Assembly: GCA_040389185.1 (NCBI GenBank)
Contig: JAZKAJ010000016.1
Coordinates: 1 to 52,433 of the forward strand
DNA: 52,433 nt
Direction: 5' to 3'
DNA from: Patescibacteria group bacterium
Lineage (GTDB): Bacteria > Patescibacteriota > Minisyncoccia > Phycocordibacterales > CAIRYW01
Part shown: piece by piece, positions 1 through 10,367 of the stretch
Layout: each line of letters begins with the position of its first letter
Position numbering within the stretch: the first letter of the stretch is position 1
Made by a program: the position numbers and the translations under genes
The notes under the pieces: model-generated
What the model was told of the DNA's origin: nothing
The model's input: only the letters and a program-made list of their open reading frames with translations
Database searches by the model: none

Positions 1-340
1 ATGTAAAACCTTTATTTTTTTTCATGACGAAAAATTTTTATAAAATTAATGAACTAATAATAATCAATTGATTATGCCTTTTTGACGGAAAAGACGAAAC
101 GACATTCGACCGTGGTTTAATTATATCGTGTTTGTAAAAAATAAACAGAAAAAAATAATTAAGTTGGGGAAAAGTAATCTCCAGAATATATCTTTTTCAA
201 AACACGAAAATTTCTGGCTCAAAATTTTCTCCGTCCGTCGTCGCCACCCCTCCCGAGGTTTTGAAAAAGATATATTCTTCCGCCAAAAATAAAAAATACT
301 ATTCGCCTCACGAATAGTATTTTTTATTTTTGATTTATCT

Positions 341-1546
341 CTAGATCGATGCAGAAATATTGTAGATAGGGATGAGTACTGATGCGAGCAGGAATGCAAC
401 TCCGAGTCCAAGTCCTACGATCATCACAGGTTCAATGAGGTCAACAAGTGTGTCAACCGCATTCACCACTTCTCTTTGATAGAATTTAGCAAGTGTATCC
501 AAGATACTTCCTAGCTCCCCCGTCTCTTCTCCAATCTTTGCCATCTGCACAACAATACTTGGAATTTCAGGAGATCCTGACAATGCCTCAGACAGCGGTC
601 GCCCACCTTTTACCAAGTCCATCGCTTTTTTGAGTACATCTTGATATACCTTGCTGTCGACAACATCAGAAGTGAGTTCAAGCGCCTTTATCATTGGAAT
701 TCCCGAGATCAAAAGTGTGTTCATGTTGTCAGCAATTCTTGAAAGGAAAAGTTTTTTGTAGAGATTGCCAATATAAGGAATGGACAGCTTTGCGTTATCT
801 ATCATAAGTGCTCCTTTCTCACCCAAACTGCTTCGATAGATGACAAATCCAAGAATAACAAGTGCAACCAAAAACAGTATCCCGTAATTGACCAAAAAAT
901 TACTGAACCCGATAACTATTCGAGTGTAGATAGGGATCTGCTGTCCCGCTTCAAGAATGATCGCAGATATCTTCGGGATCACAAGTGTGAGCATCAAAAC
1001 CATCACAGAAATAAATGTGAACACAACGAATGCAGGATAAATGAGTGCGTTCTTTGCCTTACTTGATACTGCGTAGTTACGATCAAGATAATCTGCTAGA
1101 TATAAAAATGTCTGATCGAGCTTCCCTGATTCTTCGCCCGCTTTCACCATGTTCACATAAAACGATGAGAAAACTTTTGGGTGCTTAGAGAGTGCTTTTG
1201 AAATACTTGATCCAGATTGAATATCATCTGCCACTTCTCCAATCTTCTCACCCAACACTTTGTTTTCACTCTCACCCCCAAGAAGTCGAAATACACGAAG
1301 CGCCGAAACCTGCGCTGCAAAGAGTGTCGCAATCTGTCGTGACAATATCACCACATCTTTGTTTGACACTCTCTCAAACCACTTGATTCTCATACCAATT
1401 CCTTTGGAAGTTTCTGCGGCATGTATCTCAACGATCACCAATCCTCTTCTTTGGATCGAGCTTATAGCAATATCATTATTGAGAGCCTCAACTGAGCCGC
1501 TTTGTTCTTGTCCTTGTGGATCGAGTGCTTTGTAATTAAATAACAT
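341..1546 (-). CDS. pilC: Type IV pilus platform protein PilC (T2SS F family)
   Basis: 401 aa; typical MVKAGEESGKL and ALIYPAFV motifs, KIGEETGELG repeat, TM segments; last gene of pil cluster. Confidence 0.93.
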   Translation of the reverse strand: MLFNYKALDPQGQEQSGSVEALNNDIAISSIQRRGLVIVEIHAAETSKGIGMRIKWFERVSNKDVVILSRQIATLFAAQVSALRVFRLLGGESENKVLGEKIGEVADDIQSGSSISKALSKHPKVFSSFYVNMVKAGEESGKLDQTFLYLADYLDRNYAVSSKAKNALIYPAFVVFTFISVMVLMLTLVIPKISAIILEAGQQIPIYTRIVIGFSNFLVNYGILFLVALVILGFVIYRSSLGEKGALMIDNAKLSIPYIGNLYKKLFLSRIADNMNTLLISGIPMIKALELTSDVVDSKVYQDVLKKAMDLVKGGRPLSEALSGSPEIPSIVVQMAKIGEETGELGSILDTLAKFYQREVVNAVDTLVDLIEPVMIVGLGLGVAFLLASVLIPIYNISASI

Positions 1547-1556
1547 ATTTATTTCA

Positions 1557-2630
1557 TTAGATCATTCTCTCTAAAAGTTTTGGATTGAATGCAAATTTAT
1601 ATGCACTCTCAATCGTAATCTCTCCTCTTCGCACTAAGTCAGCCAAGCATCGATTCATATCAATCATTCCCGCTTCAGAACTTGTCTCAATAACTGTGTT
1701 TATCTCATGTACCCTTTTCTCTCGAATAAGATTTGATACCGCACTGTTTACAATAAGTAGTTCATACGCTGGAATAAGACCTCCGGAGATTCTCGGTACA
1801 AGTCTTTGTGAAAAAACACCGATGAGCGATGAGGCGAGCTGAATACGGATCTGATCTTGCTGAGTTGAAGGAAATGAATCGATGATACGATCAATCGTTT
1901 GAGCAGCATTATTGGTGTGAAGCGTTGAGAACACAAGATGCCCAGTCTCTGCCGCTGTTACCGCAGCGGACATTGTTTCAGGATTTCTCATTTCTCCTAC
2001 AAGAAGTACATTCACATCCTGTCGCAAAGCCTCAGTGAGTGCAATGCCGAAATCTTTTGTATCAATATGCACTTCTCGCTGATCAATAATTGATTTCTTT
2101 TGTTCATAGAGATATTCAACCGGGTCTTCGATTGTAACAATGTGTTCTGCCCTCTCTTCATTGATAAGCTCTATCATTGAAGCGAGTGTAGTCGTTTTAC
2201 CTTGTCCAACAGGCCCCACTACAAGAAAGAATCCTTGCTTTCTTCGAGCAAAGTCAGCTAACACTGGAGGTAATTTCAGATCCTCAACAGTTTTGATCTG
2301 TTTTGGAATAAGTCGAAGTGCAATAGAAATATGACCCTGCTGGAAATATGCATTTCCTCGAAATCTTCCATTGTCATTAAAATCATATGAAAAATCCACC
2401 TCCTTACTAGAAAGAAAGAGATCTTTCATCTCTTTTGTTATCATAAGATCAAGAAGTGCATTGGTATCCTCTCTTTTTAAAACGGACTTTCGTGCAAGAG
2501 GTACGAGTGATCCTGCCACTCTTATATTAGGCTGTCGTCCTTCAGATAAATGAAGATCAGATGCGCCTTCGCGCACCACTATTTCAAGAAGATCACTTAA
2601 TTCTTTTTTATAGTCTGTTTGTGCTTCCAT
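1557..2630 (-). CDS. pilT: Type IV pilus retraction ATPase PilT
   Basis: GASDLHL, Walker A GPVGQGKTT, TIEDPVE, AAETGHLVFSTLHT. Confidence 0.95.
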   Translation of the reverse strand: MEAQTDYKKELSDLLEIVVREGASDLHLSEGRQPNIRVAGSLVPLARKSVLKREDTNALLDLMITKEMKDLFLSSKEVDFSYDFNDNGRFRGNAYFQQGHISIALRLIPKQIKTVEDLKLPPVLADFARRKQGFFLVVGPVGQGKTTTLASMIELINEERAEHIVTIEDPVEYLYEQKKSIIDQREVHIDTKDFGIALTEALRQDVNVLLVGEMRNPETMSAAVTAAETGHLVFSTLHTNNAAQTIDRIIDSFPSTQQDQIRIQLASSLIGVFSQRLVPRISGGLIPAYELLIVNSAVSNLIREKRVHEINTVIETSSEAGMIDMNRCLADLVRRGEITIESAYKFAFNPKLLERMI

Positions 2631-2674
2631 TTTTATTGCGTTATTTTTAAGAACTTGTACCTAAAGACTTTTGA

Positions 2675-3088
2675 TTATTTCCCGTTCGCCTTAGCGATCT
2701 CGGTGATCTGTCGAAGCACTTCAGAAGGGATTGTAGTCGCCTTTACGATATACCCATTGATACCAAAAGCTTTTGCTCGATCAATGTCTGAAGGCTGACC
2801 CTGGTTTGAAAGAATTATGACGACAGACCCTTCGGCAAGATTCTCTTCTCTGATTTTTGCCAAAAGTTCTATCCCATCCATTTCAGGCATAATCACATCC
2901 AAAAGAAGGATATCCGGTTTTGCTCCAGCACGAAGCTTTTCAAGCGCTTCTGTTGGGCGAGGCACAGAAGTAACATTCATTCCCTCTTTAGTAAATTTCA
3001 TTGTGTACATACTCAATATGAATTTGTCATCATCGACAACCATTATATTGAATTTCTTTTTTTCTTCAGGTGTTGTTTTTTCTTCCAT
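2675..3088 (-). CDS. Single-domain response regulator (CheY-like receiver)
   Basis: VVDDD acidic pocket, LLLDVIMPEMDG phospho-Asp motif, conserved Ser and Lys; no output domain. Confidence 0.9.
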   Translation of the reverse strand: MEEKTTPEEKKKFNIMVVDDDKFILSMYTMKFTKEGMNVTSVPRPTEALEKLRAGAKPDILLLDVIMPEMDGIELLAKIREENLAEGSVVIILSNQGQPSDIDRAKAFGINGYIVKATTIPSEVLRQITEIAKANGK

Positions 3089-3113
3089 ACAATTATTATA
3101 TCACAAGATTTTT

Positions 3114-3300
3114 TGGAATCTATCTCAAAATTAATGAATAATATAAAACTGAAGATTTTGAAGAAAAAAAGGAAGTATGAGGAAAGAGGCATGCTCGTAG
3201 CATACCGACTGACGAATCTTTCTTTTTTACCAAAATCTTCAGTTTTAGATATTCAAGCATTTTGAATTCTCTTGGGCGATTAATTTTGAGATAGGTTCCA
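3114..3300. repeat. ~187-bp palindromic MITE-like element
   Basis: 22-bp terminal inverted repeats with one mismatch (TGGAATCTATCTCAAAATTAAT / ATTAATTTTGAGATAGGTTCCA) and nested IR TAAAACTGAAGATTTTG / CAAAATCTTCAGTTTTA. Confidence 0.75.
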
Positions 3301-3304
3301 GTAA

Positions 3305-5035
3305 TTATACCAAGTTGTTGATTTCTTCGACAGGAATTTCTTTTTTTAGCATCTTAATGATTGCATCTTCGCGCATTGTGAGCATTCCTTTATTTCGGAC
3401 CACTTTCCATATCTCGGGAGCAGTTGGATTAGCAAGGATTACCTTTTCAAGCTCTTTATCCATCTTAAACATCTCAAATACTGCGACTCGCCCCTTTGTT
3501 CCTTTTGGACATTCTGGAGTCGGTTGATTTTCAAAGACTTCAGTCACTTGAGGTATTTCTTTTTTGTATTCTTCGGGAAGATCAGCAAATTGCTTATCCA
3601 TCATTGCCTGAATACTTCCTTCAACGGGCATTGGTTTTCCGGATCCGGGACAGATCTTTGACACAAGTCGTTGTGCCATAGAGAGAATAAGAGTTGGCGC
3701 AATAAGAAAAGGATCCACACCCATATCAATGAGTCGCGGCACCACTCCGATAGAGTCATTGGTGTGAATAGTAGAGAGCACAAGGTGACCCGTAAGCGCC
3801 GCCTGGATCGCGAGCTGCGCAGTTTCCTTATCTCGAATCTCTCCCACCATAATAATATCTGGGTCTTGTCTGAGCGTTGTTCGTAGTCCCGTCGCAAATG
3901 TATACCCAATTTCTGGACGTACCTGTGACTGACTTACACCATCAATATTGTATTCTACAGGATCTTCAAGTGACAGTACGTTGTGGCTTTCCTTATCAAC
4001 TTCTTCAAGCATAGAATAAAGCGTTGTACTTTTTCCAGATCCTGTTGGTCCTGATATAAGAATGAGTCCGTATGGCCTCTTAATGGCTTCACGTATCATT
4101 TCAAGATTTCGAGGAGACATCTCTAAATCACCTAAACCTTTCACCCCTTTAGCTTGATCAAGAATTCTCATCACCACTTTTTCACCATAATAGACTGGAA
4201 AAGTAGAGACACGAAAATCTATCTTCCGTCCATCAATTCGGGCACTGAATCGTCCATCCTGAGGCTTTCTCTTTTCATCGAGCTTCATATTTGAGAGAAT
4301 TTTGATTCTTGCTACCACCGCATTCAATACTTTGATCGGAAGAATAAGTGACGTATGTAATGTTCCATCAAGTCGAAATCGTACTCGCACCTTATCACTC
4401 ACAGGCTCAATATGAACATCGGAGGCATTACCTTCGATCGCATATCGAAGAATCGTTGCCACAATCTTTGTCACCGGAGCATCTTCAATGATATTTGTCT
4501 GATTGATCTTAGCGCCAAGATTTTCATCCTCTGATTCGGATTGAGCTATTTCCTTTTCTTCGTCTGTAAGATCTGTCTCAAGTTCCGTAAGTGCCTTTGT
4601 AACTTCTCCAGAAAGACCCTTATAACAATCCATGGCTTTTTTGTACTCTTTTTCAGAAATCAAAAATATCTTATATGGAATATTATTTTTCGATGATATG
4701 AAGTTGAGTGCATCTCTCGCCTCGAAGTTTTCAGGATCCACCACTCCAATTTCAAGGACCCCATCAACAACATCGATCGGTATCATTTTATAAAAAGAAG
4801 CGGATTCTTCAGGAAGATATTTCAAGATTTCAAATGGAATGGCGGGCTTTGGAATTTTTTTTGCAGGCACACCCAAAAACTCAGCCTTTTCATCTAAGAT
4901 AGCATATGGATCAACACCTTTCCTTTCTAGAATCTCTTCGACAGAAGAATCACTATCGAGCATCTCAGTTCTTGCTTCTTTGGCAATTTCTGGTGTGACG
5001 ATTCCTTTTTTGAGCAAGAGGTCTATAACATTCAT
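3305..5035 (-). CDS. pilB: Type IV pilus assembly ATPase PilB (GspE/PulE family)
   Basis: ASDVHIEP, KPQDGRF, GPTGSGKSTT, LRQDPDIIMVGEIRD, AALTGHLVLSTIHTN. Confidence 0.95.
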   Translation of the reverse strand: MNVIDLLLKKGIVTPEIAKEARTEMLDSDSSVEEILERKGVDPYAILDEKAEFLGVPAKKIPKPAIPFEILKYLPEESASFYKMIPIDVVDGVLEIGVVDPENFEARDALNFISSKNNIPYKIFLISEKEYKKAMDCYKGLSGEVTKALTELETDLTDEEKEIAQSESEDENLGAKINQTNIIEDAPVTKIVATILRYAIEGNASDVHIEPVSDKVRVRFRLDGTLHTSLILPIKVLNAVVARIKILSNMKLDEKRKPQDGRFSARIDGRKIDFRVSTFPVYYGEKVVMRILDQAKGVKGLGDLEMSPRNLEMIREAIKRPYGLILISGPTGSGKSTTLYSMLEEVDKESHNVLSLEDPVEYNIDGVSQSQVRPEIGYTFATGLRTTLRQDPDIIMVGEIRDKETAQLAIQAALTGHLVLSTIHTNDSIGVVPRLIDMGVDPFLIAPTLILSMAQRLVSKICPGSGKPMPVEGSIQAMMDKQFADLPEEYKKEIPQVTEVFENQPTPECPKGTKGRVAVFEMFKMDKELEKVILANPTAPEIWKVVRNKGMLTMREDAIIKMLKKEIPVEEINNLV

Positions 5036-5119
5036 TTCTATACCGAGGTTAGTATTGCCACCTCACCTTTTTAAATTATTTAATAAAATTCTGATCTTCA
5101 AAATTCTTTCCAACAATCA

Positions 5120-5533
5120 TTATTTCTTCACCGGATTTAAGATAATATTTTTTGAAGCGGGTTTTGCGAGTGTTGTTGTAGAGGTAACATCAGCAAAACC
5201 AAGAGATTCAACAGAAGAAACCACACCACTTGAGATGCCGCCCGCAAAAGGATTGTCTTTTCCAACACTTTCAGGAACGATGTTTTGGCTTCGATCCACG
5301 AGTGCTCGAAAAACAGGATCAAGAAAGAGTTTTTCATCCAAAGTGACATTTTGAATTTTCAAAAGAAGAGGCAAAAGATCTTCTTCAGGAGTCTTCGGGC
5401 TCGCTACATTTGAGGTCTTAAGAAGGGTAGTACTTGTTGGCTGCTTTACGAATGTATTATAAACAATATAAGCACCAATAAGAACCGCAATTATAATAAG
5501 TGGCTTTTTAAGTTTTTGAAATAAATCATTCAT
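5120..5533 (-). CDS. Membrane-anchored pilus accessory protein (occupies the PilP position)
   Basis: N-terminal TM helix, GKDNPF motif; lies between pilO and pilB. Confidence 0.6.
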   Translation of the reverse strand: MNDLFQKLKKPLIIIAVLIGAYIVYNTFVKQPTSTTLLKTSNVASPKTPEEDLLPLLLKIQNVTLDEKLFLDPVFRALVDRSQNIVPESVGKDNPFAGGISSGVVSSVESLGFADVTSTTTLAKPASKNIILNPVKK

Positions 5534-5542
5534 AAGTAATTT

Positions 5543-6079
5543 CTATTTAAGCCAATAAGTTCTGATGGTCACACTATATTCCGTCGCATTCTTTGGATCT
5601 ATCTTAAATGAGAGATTTGTAATATCCACAAGACGTAAACTTTGCTCTAAGTCTTTGATAAAGGAAATAAATCGAGGATAATCTGCCTTTGTTTTAAATG
5701 ATACAAGAATAGAAGAATAAAGCTTATTATCAGGACCGATTTGAGTAGCACTCGCCGACTTATCTTCTTCGATCTTGATCTTCGAAATAAGCATATTACT
5801 TTCTCTTGCCATTCCATTAATATCCAAAATAAGCTGCACATTATCAACATGATCAGGAAGCAGTTTTTTAACAGAATCGAGATCAGCATTAGTGAATTGC
5901 TTGTATTTTGCCTGGAGTTCACCTCTTTTCTTTAACACTTCATTTGATTTGCCGAATGCTTTTTGATAATCAGCAATATCAGATTGTAAAACTTTTATTG
6001 CTTCATATTGAGGATTAATATAGAGCACAAATATTGCACCTGAAGCAAGCAAAAGAAAAATTGGAATTATACTTTTCAT
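5543..6079 (-). CDS. pilO: Type IV pilus assembly protein PilO
   Basis: N-terminal TM, coiled coil, LLPD and FIKDLEQSLRLVDI ferredoxin-like signature; operon order. Confidence 0.85.
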   Translation of the reverse strand: MKSIIPIFLLLASGAIFVLYINPQYEAIKVLQSDIADYQKAFGKSNEVLKKRGELQAKYKQFTNADLDSVKKLLPDHVDNVQLILDINGMARESNMLISKIKIEEDKSASATQIGPDNKLYSSILVSFKTKADYPRFISFIKDLEQSLRLVDITNLSFKIDPKNATEYSVTIRTYWLK

Positions 6080-6810
6080 TACTTTGTTGTAGGGTTAGTG
6101 TTAAGTAGATCATCGATTGCAGAAGAACTTGGCACCTGGGGAGCATCTGTATTTCCTGTAGCCGAAGCGGATGATGGTGATGAGGATGGTAAGTTTTCTA
6201 TTGAATCGATCGAAGGTGCAGCCGTTGTGTCCGCCTTTCTCGTATAAGTGATAAATCCAGGGTCGATCTTGGTTGTGAAATTGAATATAACATTTCCAAA
6301 AGTATCAAGATCAAGATTAGAAAAAAGCGGCGTCTGCAAAGACCTTTCCTTTCCAAATACTTCTGCTTGATATGCAACAGCATTATAACTCTTTGCTCTA
6401 CCATTCATTGAAAGCGTTGCGGCACCATCTGTACCTATTTCATATTTAAAATCATCAAACTGAACGCTCTGTATGGTTTGTTCCTGAAGGAAATCAAAGA
6501 TATATGAAACTGCAACGTGTTTTGCAAGAAGTGCCTTTGCAGAATCGATACGACTGTTGAGTCTGACGTATTCATCAAGTGTCTGCGGTTCGAATGATTT
6601 CACATTTTTTTCGAGGTCTGATTTGATCTGAGTCTTTGAATTATCAAGGTACTTCTGCCAACCAAAAACTCCTCCAGCCACAAGTACAGTGATGAAAAAA
6701 ATAATGCTTGAAAGAAAAGAAAAGAAGCCGAGTGGTTTATGTACGGTATTACTCGCCACCGGTTCAAGACTGGTTTTTGGTATAAAAGATGTTTGGAACT
6801 TTGTCTCCAT
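6079..6810 (-). CDS. pilN: PilN-like pilus assembly protein
   Basis: N-terminal FQTSFIPK peptide, TM helix, coiled coil; lies between pilM and pilO, 1-nt overlap with pilO. Confidence 0.75.
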   Translation of the reverse strand: METKFQTSFIPKTSLEPVASNTVHKPLGFFSFLSSIIFFITVLVAGGVFGWQKYLDNSKTQIKSDLEKNVKSFEPQTLDEYVRLNSRIDSAKALLAKHVAVSYIFDFLQEQTIQSVQFDDFKYEIGTDGAATLSMNGRAKSYNAVAYQAEVFGKERSLQTPLFSNLDLDTFGNVIFNFTTKIDPGFITYTRKADTTAAPSIDSIENLPSSSPSSASATGNTDAPQVPSSSAIDDLLNTNPTTK

Positions 6811-6900
6811 AAATTTAAAATAATTATATCACAAATAAAAAAGTAAAGTGCACTAAATAGTGGAAAAGTTGATAGTTTCTAGTCCATAGGCACTGCTGAA

Positions 6901-6939
6901 AAAAAATGCATCGCACCCGAAGGGTGCGATGCATTTTTT
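6901..6939. terminator. Bidirectional intrinsic terminator between pilM and pilN
   Basis: AAAAAATGCATCGCACCC-GAA-GGGTGCGATGCATTTTTT perfect stem with A/T tails. Confidence 0.8.
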
Positions 6940-6971
6940 CTTACTCAACAAACTAATGACAACAGACTTTG

Positions 6972-8090
6972 TTAGTCCAGTTCCTGAAGCTTGCGAAGAG
7001 CAACTCCCACCGCCACCGCAAAATCAAGCCCCGTCTGCTTCAAGAGATCAGAGAGAAATACCGGCGCATCTACTTTTGCAAATGGATTACCTAAGACGAC
7101 TTCTGTTTCAAATCGGCTTCGAGCTGCCTCAAAAAAACCTTTCATCGCAACACCTCCACCCGTGAGATACACTTTGCCAATACTTTTGTTGTGCTTCTTT
7201 TGGTATGACACCATAAGCCCTCCAGCCTCTCCAAAAATATAATCAAGTGTAAGCCCCACAATTTCATAGACACTTTTTTGATCAGCTTGACTCACCTCAC
7301 CTAAATTCCGTTTTATCTTCTCTGCTTTTTCAATCGATACTTGAAGTCCTTTTGAAATACTTTGAGTAATATCTTGTGAACCTTTGTTAATAATATGAGA
7401 TTCTTTGATCACCCCTCTTTCTGAAATATAGATCTTGGTTGATGATGCACCCATATCAAAGATCATGACAGGTGCGATCTCACGATCAACAAGAGACCTG
7501 ATAGATGCAAACATTTCTATTTCAAAAAATGTCGTATGCAGTCCCGCAGCCTGAACAATTGAATTGTAACCTTGCAAAATTTCATTGTGAATTGAAACAA
7601 TCAAGACTTCAGTCTTGTCTTGTTTTTGAATTTTCTTTTCTTTATTTTCGATATCAAAATCAAAAGCCTTCTCCTCTTCTTTTGGAATGATCCACCAATC
7701 AAGCGCCACTTCTGATATCGGCACAGGAATAAATTTTCTGGCTTCAATAGGGATCATCTCACGAAGCTTTGCTTCAGGAAGCGCAGGCATCTCAACCAGG
7801 GACACAAGACTCGAACGAAGCGGAATAGCTACGCCAGAGTTTGTTGTTGTTGCATTTGATTCTTTGATGACATCCCGAATCGCTTCGCCGAGTTTGTCAG
7901 GGCCGAGATTTGTTGCCTGCCCAATGACAAGTCCTGCATATGGTCCAAGTGCAAGTGAGCCGTAAGTCTTCAGCACCGCCCTTCCCTTTACTTTTGCAAG
8001 TTGAACAATCTTGATCGCTGATGTACCAATATCAATCCCAATCACATTGGTATCAGATTTAGCAAAAAAATTTTTAAAAGGATTATCCAT
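6972..8090 (-). CDS. pilM: Type IV pilus assembly protein PilM (actin-like)
   Basis: IGIDIGTSAIKIV, FDMGASST, VYLTGGG, AVAVGVALR. Confidence 0.93.
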   Translation of the reverse strand: MDNPFKNFFAKSDTNVIGIDIGTSAIKIVQLAKVKGRAVLKTYGSLALGPYAGLVIGQATNLGPDKLGEAIRDVIKESNATTTNSGVAIPLRSSLVSLVEMPALPEAKLREMIPIEARKFIPVPISEVALDWWIIPKEEEKAFDFDIENKEKKIQKQDKTEVLIVSIHNEILQGYNSIVQAAGLHTTFFEIEMFASIRSLVDREIAPVMIFDMGASSTKIYISERGVIKESHIINKGSQDITQSISKGLQVSIEKAEKIKRNLGEVSQADQKSVYEIVGLTLDYIFGEAGGLMVSYQKKHNKSIGKVYLTGGGVAMKGFFEAARSRFETEVVLGNPFAKVDAPVFLSDLLKQTGLDFAVAVGVALRKLQELD

Positions 8091-8130
8091 ATGCTCTTAA
8101 TGACAGATTATTATATAATAGTATATCATA

Positions 8131-8979
8131 ATGTTTTCAGAACCAATCTTAAAATTAATGGATAATACAAAACCAAAAATTTTGAAGGAAAAAAGCAAGG
8201 ATGACGAAGAAGTTATACCTATGGTATGGCGACTAAGGAAACTTGGTTTTTTACCAAAATTTTTGGTTTTGGATATCCAAGCTACTTCTTTTTATAAGCG
8301 ATTAATTTTGAGATGGGTTCTAAACTTTTTCAAAAAAATACTCTCTTTTCCACAAAAAGTATTCTTTCTTGCCTTTACCGAAACCGACACAAAACTCCAG
8401 AACTTAGAAAAGTTACCTTCCATAAGCTGGCAGAACCTTGCTCACCCCATACTCCATAGCGATAACACTCTTTCAATATTTAATTACGATAACAAAATGG
8501 TTCGCGGTGCACTCTTTTATATTAAAAACAAAAAGAGTGAAGGGATACTCACAGAAATGTGCCAGATCACTATAGATATACTCCTTGAGGATCTTGCAGA
8601 TCAAGAAATGCTTGAAAATTTTATCGATCCAATACTTGTTTCAATACCAAGTTCAAAGGGACATGTTCTAAAACGAGGGTACAATCCAAGTGACCTCATA
8701 GCTTCAAAAATATCCGAACTTTCATCTATCCCCTATTCTAAGAATATAATATACAAATCCAAAAATACGCCTGCTCAAAAAACTTTATCTCGATACGAGA
8801 GATTAAAGAATGTTAGAAATTCGATGACAATAAATCCAAAAGATCAGCTTAAAATAAAAGATAAATGTATCATTGTGATCGATGACATTATGACAACGGG
8901 TGCAACCCTCAAAGAAGCAAAAAGAATTCTCCTAAAATCTGGAGCGAGAAAAGTTATTGGAGTAGTACTCGCCCATTAA
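8131..8979 (+). CDS. comF: ComF family competence protein (phosphoribosyltransferase fold); start uncertain
   Basis: KRGYNPS, QKTLSRYERLKNV, IVIDDIMTTGATL motifs; divergent from pilM. Confidence 0.85.
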   Translation: MFSEPILKLMDNTKPKILKEKSKDDEEVIPMVWRLRKLGFLPKFLVLDIQATSFYKRLILRWVLNFFKKILSFPQKVFFLAFTETDTKLQNLEKLPSISWQNLAHPILHSDNTLSIFNYDNKMVRGALFYIKNKKSEGILTEMCQITIDILLEDLADQEMLENFIDPILVSIPSSKGHVLKRGYNPSDLIASKISELSSIPYSKNIIYKSKNTPAQKTLSRYERLKNVRNSMTINPKDQLKIKDKCIIVIDDIMTTGATLKEAKRILLKSGARKVIGVVLAH

Positions 8980-8992
8980 ATCAAAAGCAAAT

Positions 8993-9748
8993 TTATTTCT
9001 TTGGTTCTGTAAACAACACCGTTGGCACACCGTCCGCCTGATTGTCACTAAAATCATAATTATGAAGAGAATTCATAAATACGTCGTAGTCATATCGATG
9101 TCCCACTCCATCCTTATCATCTCCCGGATCATGAGTAATGAATTCTTTTTTCACATCATCAAATCCGATTACGATAATAGTATGATACGAAGATCCTGTC
9201 GCAAGAAACGGAATATTTTTGTTTCCCAATCCAAATCCTCTATGGAGAGATATCACAGGGTGTCCCGCAATTATCTCGTCTTTAATTTCATCTACTGTAG
9301 GATTTTGCTTTATTGTCGCAGAGAATGTTGAATAATCTGTAATAAGCTTGAGCATCTGCTTCGCATCGGTATTTCTGTTATTTCCGTAGATCTTATTTTC
9401 AATATCAAAAAGTTTTTGCAATGTCGCTTTTGCATTTGCAATACTTACCTCTTTGTCTCCTGCATAAAACTTCGCTGCCATTGAGATGGTCGCTTCCTCG
9501 CACGCATTGACCCAGTTGCCTGACCAATTCCCTTCTGGTGCTTCACTTATGTAAGGAACATCAAGCCGAACGAGTGTTTTAGGTTCTTCAGGTTTAAATA
9601 TATTTGTTATTTTAGAGACAGTGGATGTTGCTGTAGCATTATTCTGTGATGCCTCTACCGTATCTGAATCTTTATTTTTGTAATGCAAAACAATACTTAA
9701 AACGATAAAAAAGAATAGGAGTATTGCTAGGCGAATTTTGTTTCTCAT
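8993..9748 (-). CDS. Secreted C39-like peptidase family protein
   Basis: N-terminal TM; LDVPYISEAP, ACEEA (Cys), YHTIIVIGFD (His), HDPG (Asp). Confidence 0.8.
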   Translation of the reverse strand: MRNKIRLAILLFFFIVLSIVLHYKNKDSDTVEASQNNATATSTVSKITNIFKPEEPKTLVRLDVPYISEAPEGNWSGNWVNACEEATISMAAKFYAGDKEVSIANAKATLQKLFDIENKIYGNNRNTDAKQMLKLITDYSTFSATIKQNPTVDEIKDEIIAGHPVISLHRGFGLGNKNIPFLATGSSYHTIIVIGFDDVKKEFITHDPGDDKDGVGHRYDYDVFMNSLHNYDFSDNQADGVPTVLFTEPKK

Positions 9749-9910
9749 TTTTTTACTATAACATAAAACGAAATCAATCTCATCAGAATTAGTATAAACC
9801 TTCAGTTATAAAGCATTGCTCAATCTTACATATGAAGACGATGAAAAGGTGGAGATATGACGAGGTAAAGGGAGCAAGAGTTTCGGTCGTTACACGACCA
9901 GTATCCCGCC

Positions 9911-10077
9911 AGAGCGAGATTCGCCCGCGACTAAATTTTTGCCGTCGCAAAAATTTGTCTGGGCACCACCTCGCAGTTTCGCAAGCTTGCGAAACATCGA
10001 TCCGGCGTTCGAATCTCACTCTCTCTACCTATAAAAATAAAAAGAAACCTGCAACTAAGCAGGTTTCTTTTTATTTT
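9911..10077 (-). repeat. Displaced tRNA-Ser(ACU) trailer element (terminator, antisense and sense tRNA 3'-end copies, GCGACGGC hairpin)
   Basis: AGAGCGAGATTCG 9911-9923 is identical to 17895-17907; GTTCGAATCTCACTCTCTCT ~10007-10026 is an inverted tRNA 3' copy; 35 nt (9928-9962) identical to 25351-25385. Confidence 0.8.
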
Positions 10078-10231
10078 GCGGAGGCTCTCGGGTTCGGACT
10101 TTTCAGTACTAAGCCCTGTAATGCTTTTCCAGTGATTTTAATAATACCACAATGAGGCATCTCGAGCAGACTAGTTTTTAAAAAGTGACAAAAGTGACAG
10201 TAGTTTAACCGTTCTCAATTTCCACTATCTT

Positions 10232-10366
10232 TTAAGATTTTTCCAGTTTGTTCCTGATCATATTTCTACAAACAGCTTCGAGATAATTCAACCTTTTTAA
10301 TATCTGTTCATCAGTACTCGTCTCATCAGACATTATTTTTCTGTACTCCTCTATCGAGATCGACAT
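10232..10366 (-). CDS. Small hypothetical protein (44 aa, from ATG at 10366)
   Basis: MSISIEEYRKIMSDETSTDEQILKRLNYLE..., protein-like composition; abuts upstream ORF. Confidence 0.55.
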   Translation of the reverse strand: MSISIEEYRKIMSDETSTDEQILKRLNYLEAVCRNMIRNKLEKS

Positions 10367-10367
10367 G

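Noticed and set aside
1-340. ORF 121-411(-) and the AT-rich region after pilC
   Set aside because: Low-complexity translation overlapping pilC; no convincing gene or RNA structure found
9789-10155. ORFs 9789-10019(-) and 9832-10155(+)
   Set aside because: They run through the palindromic trailer and terminator; no protein-like features
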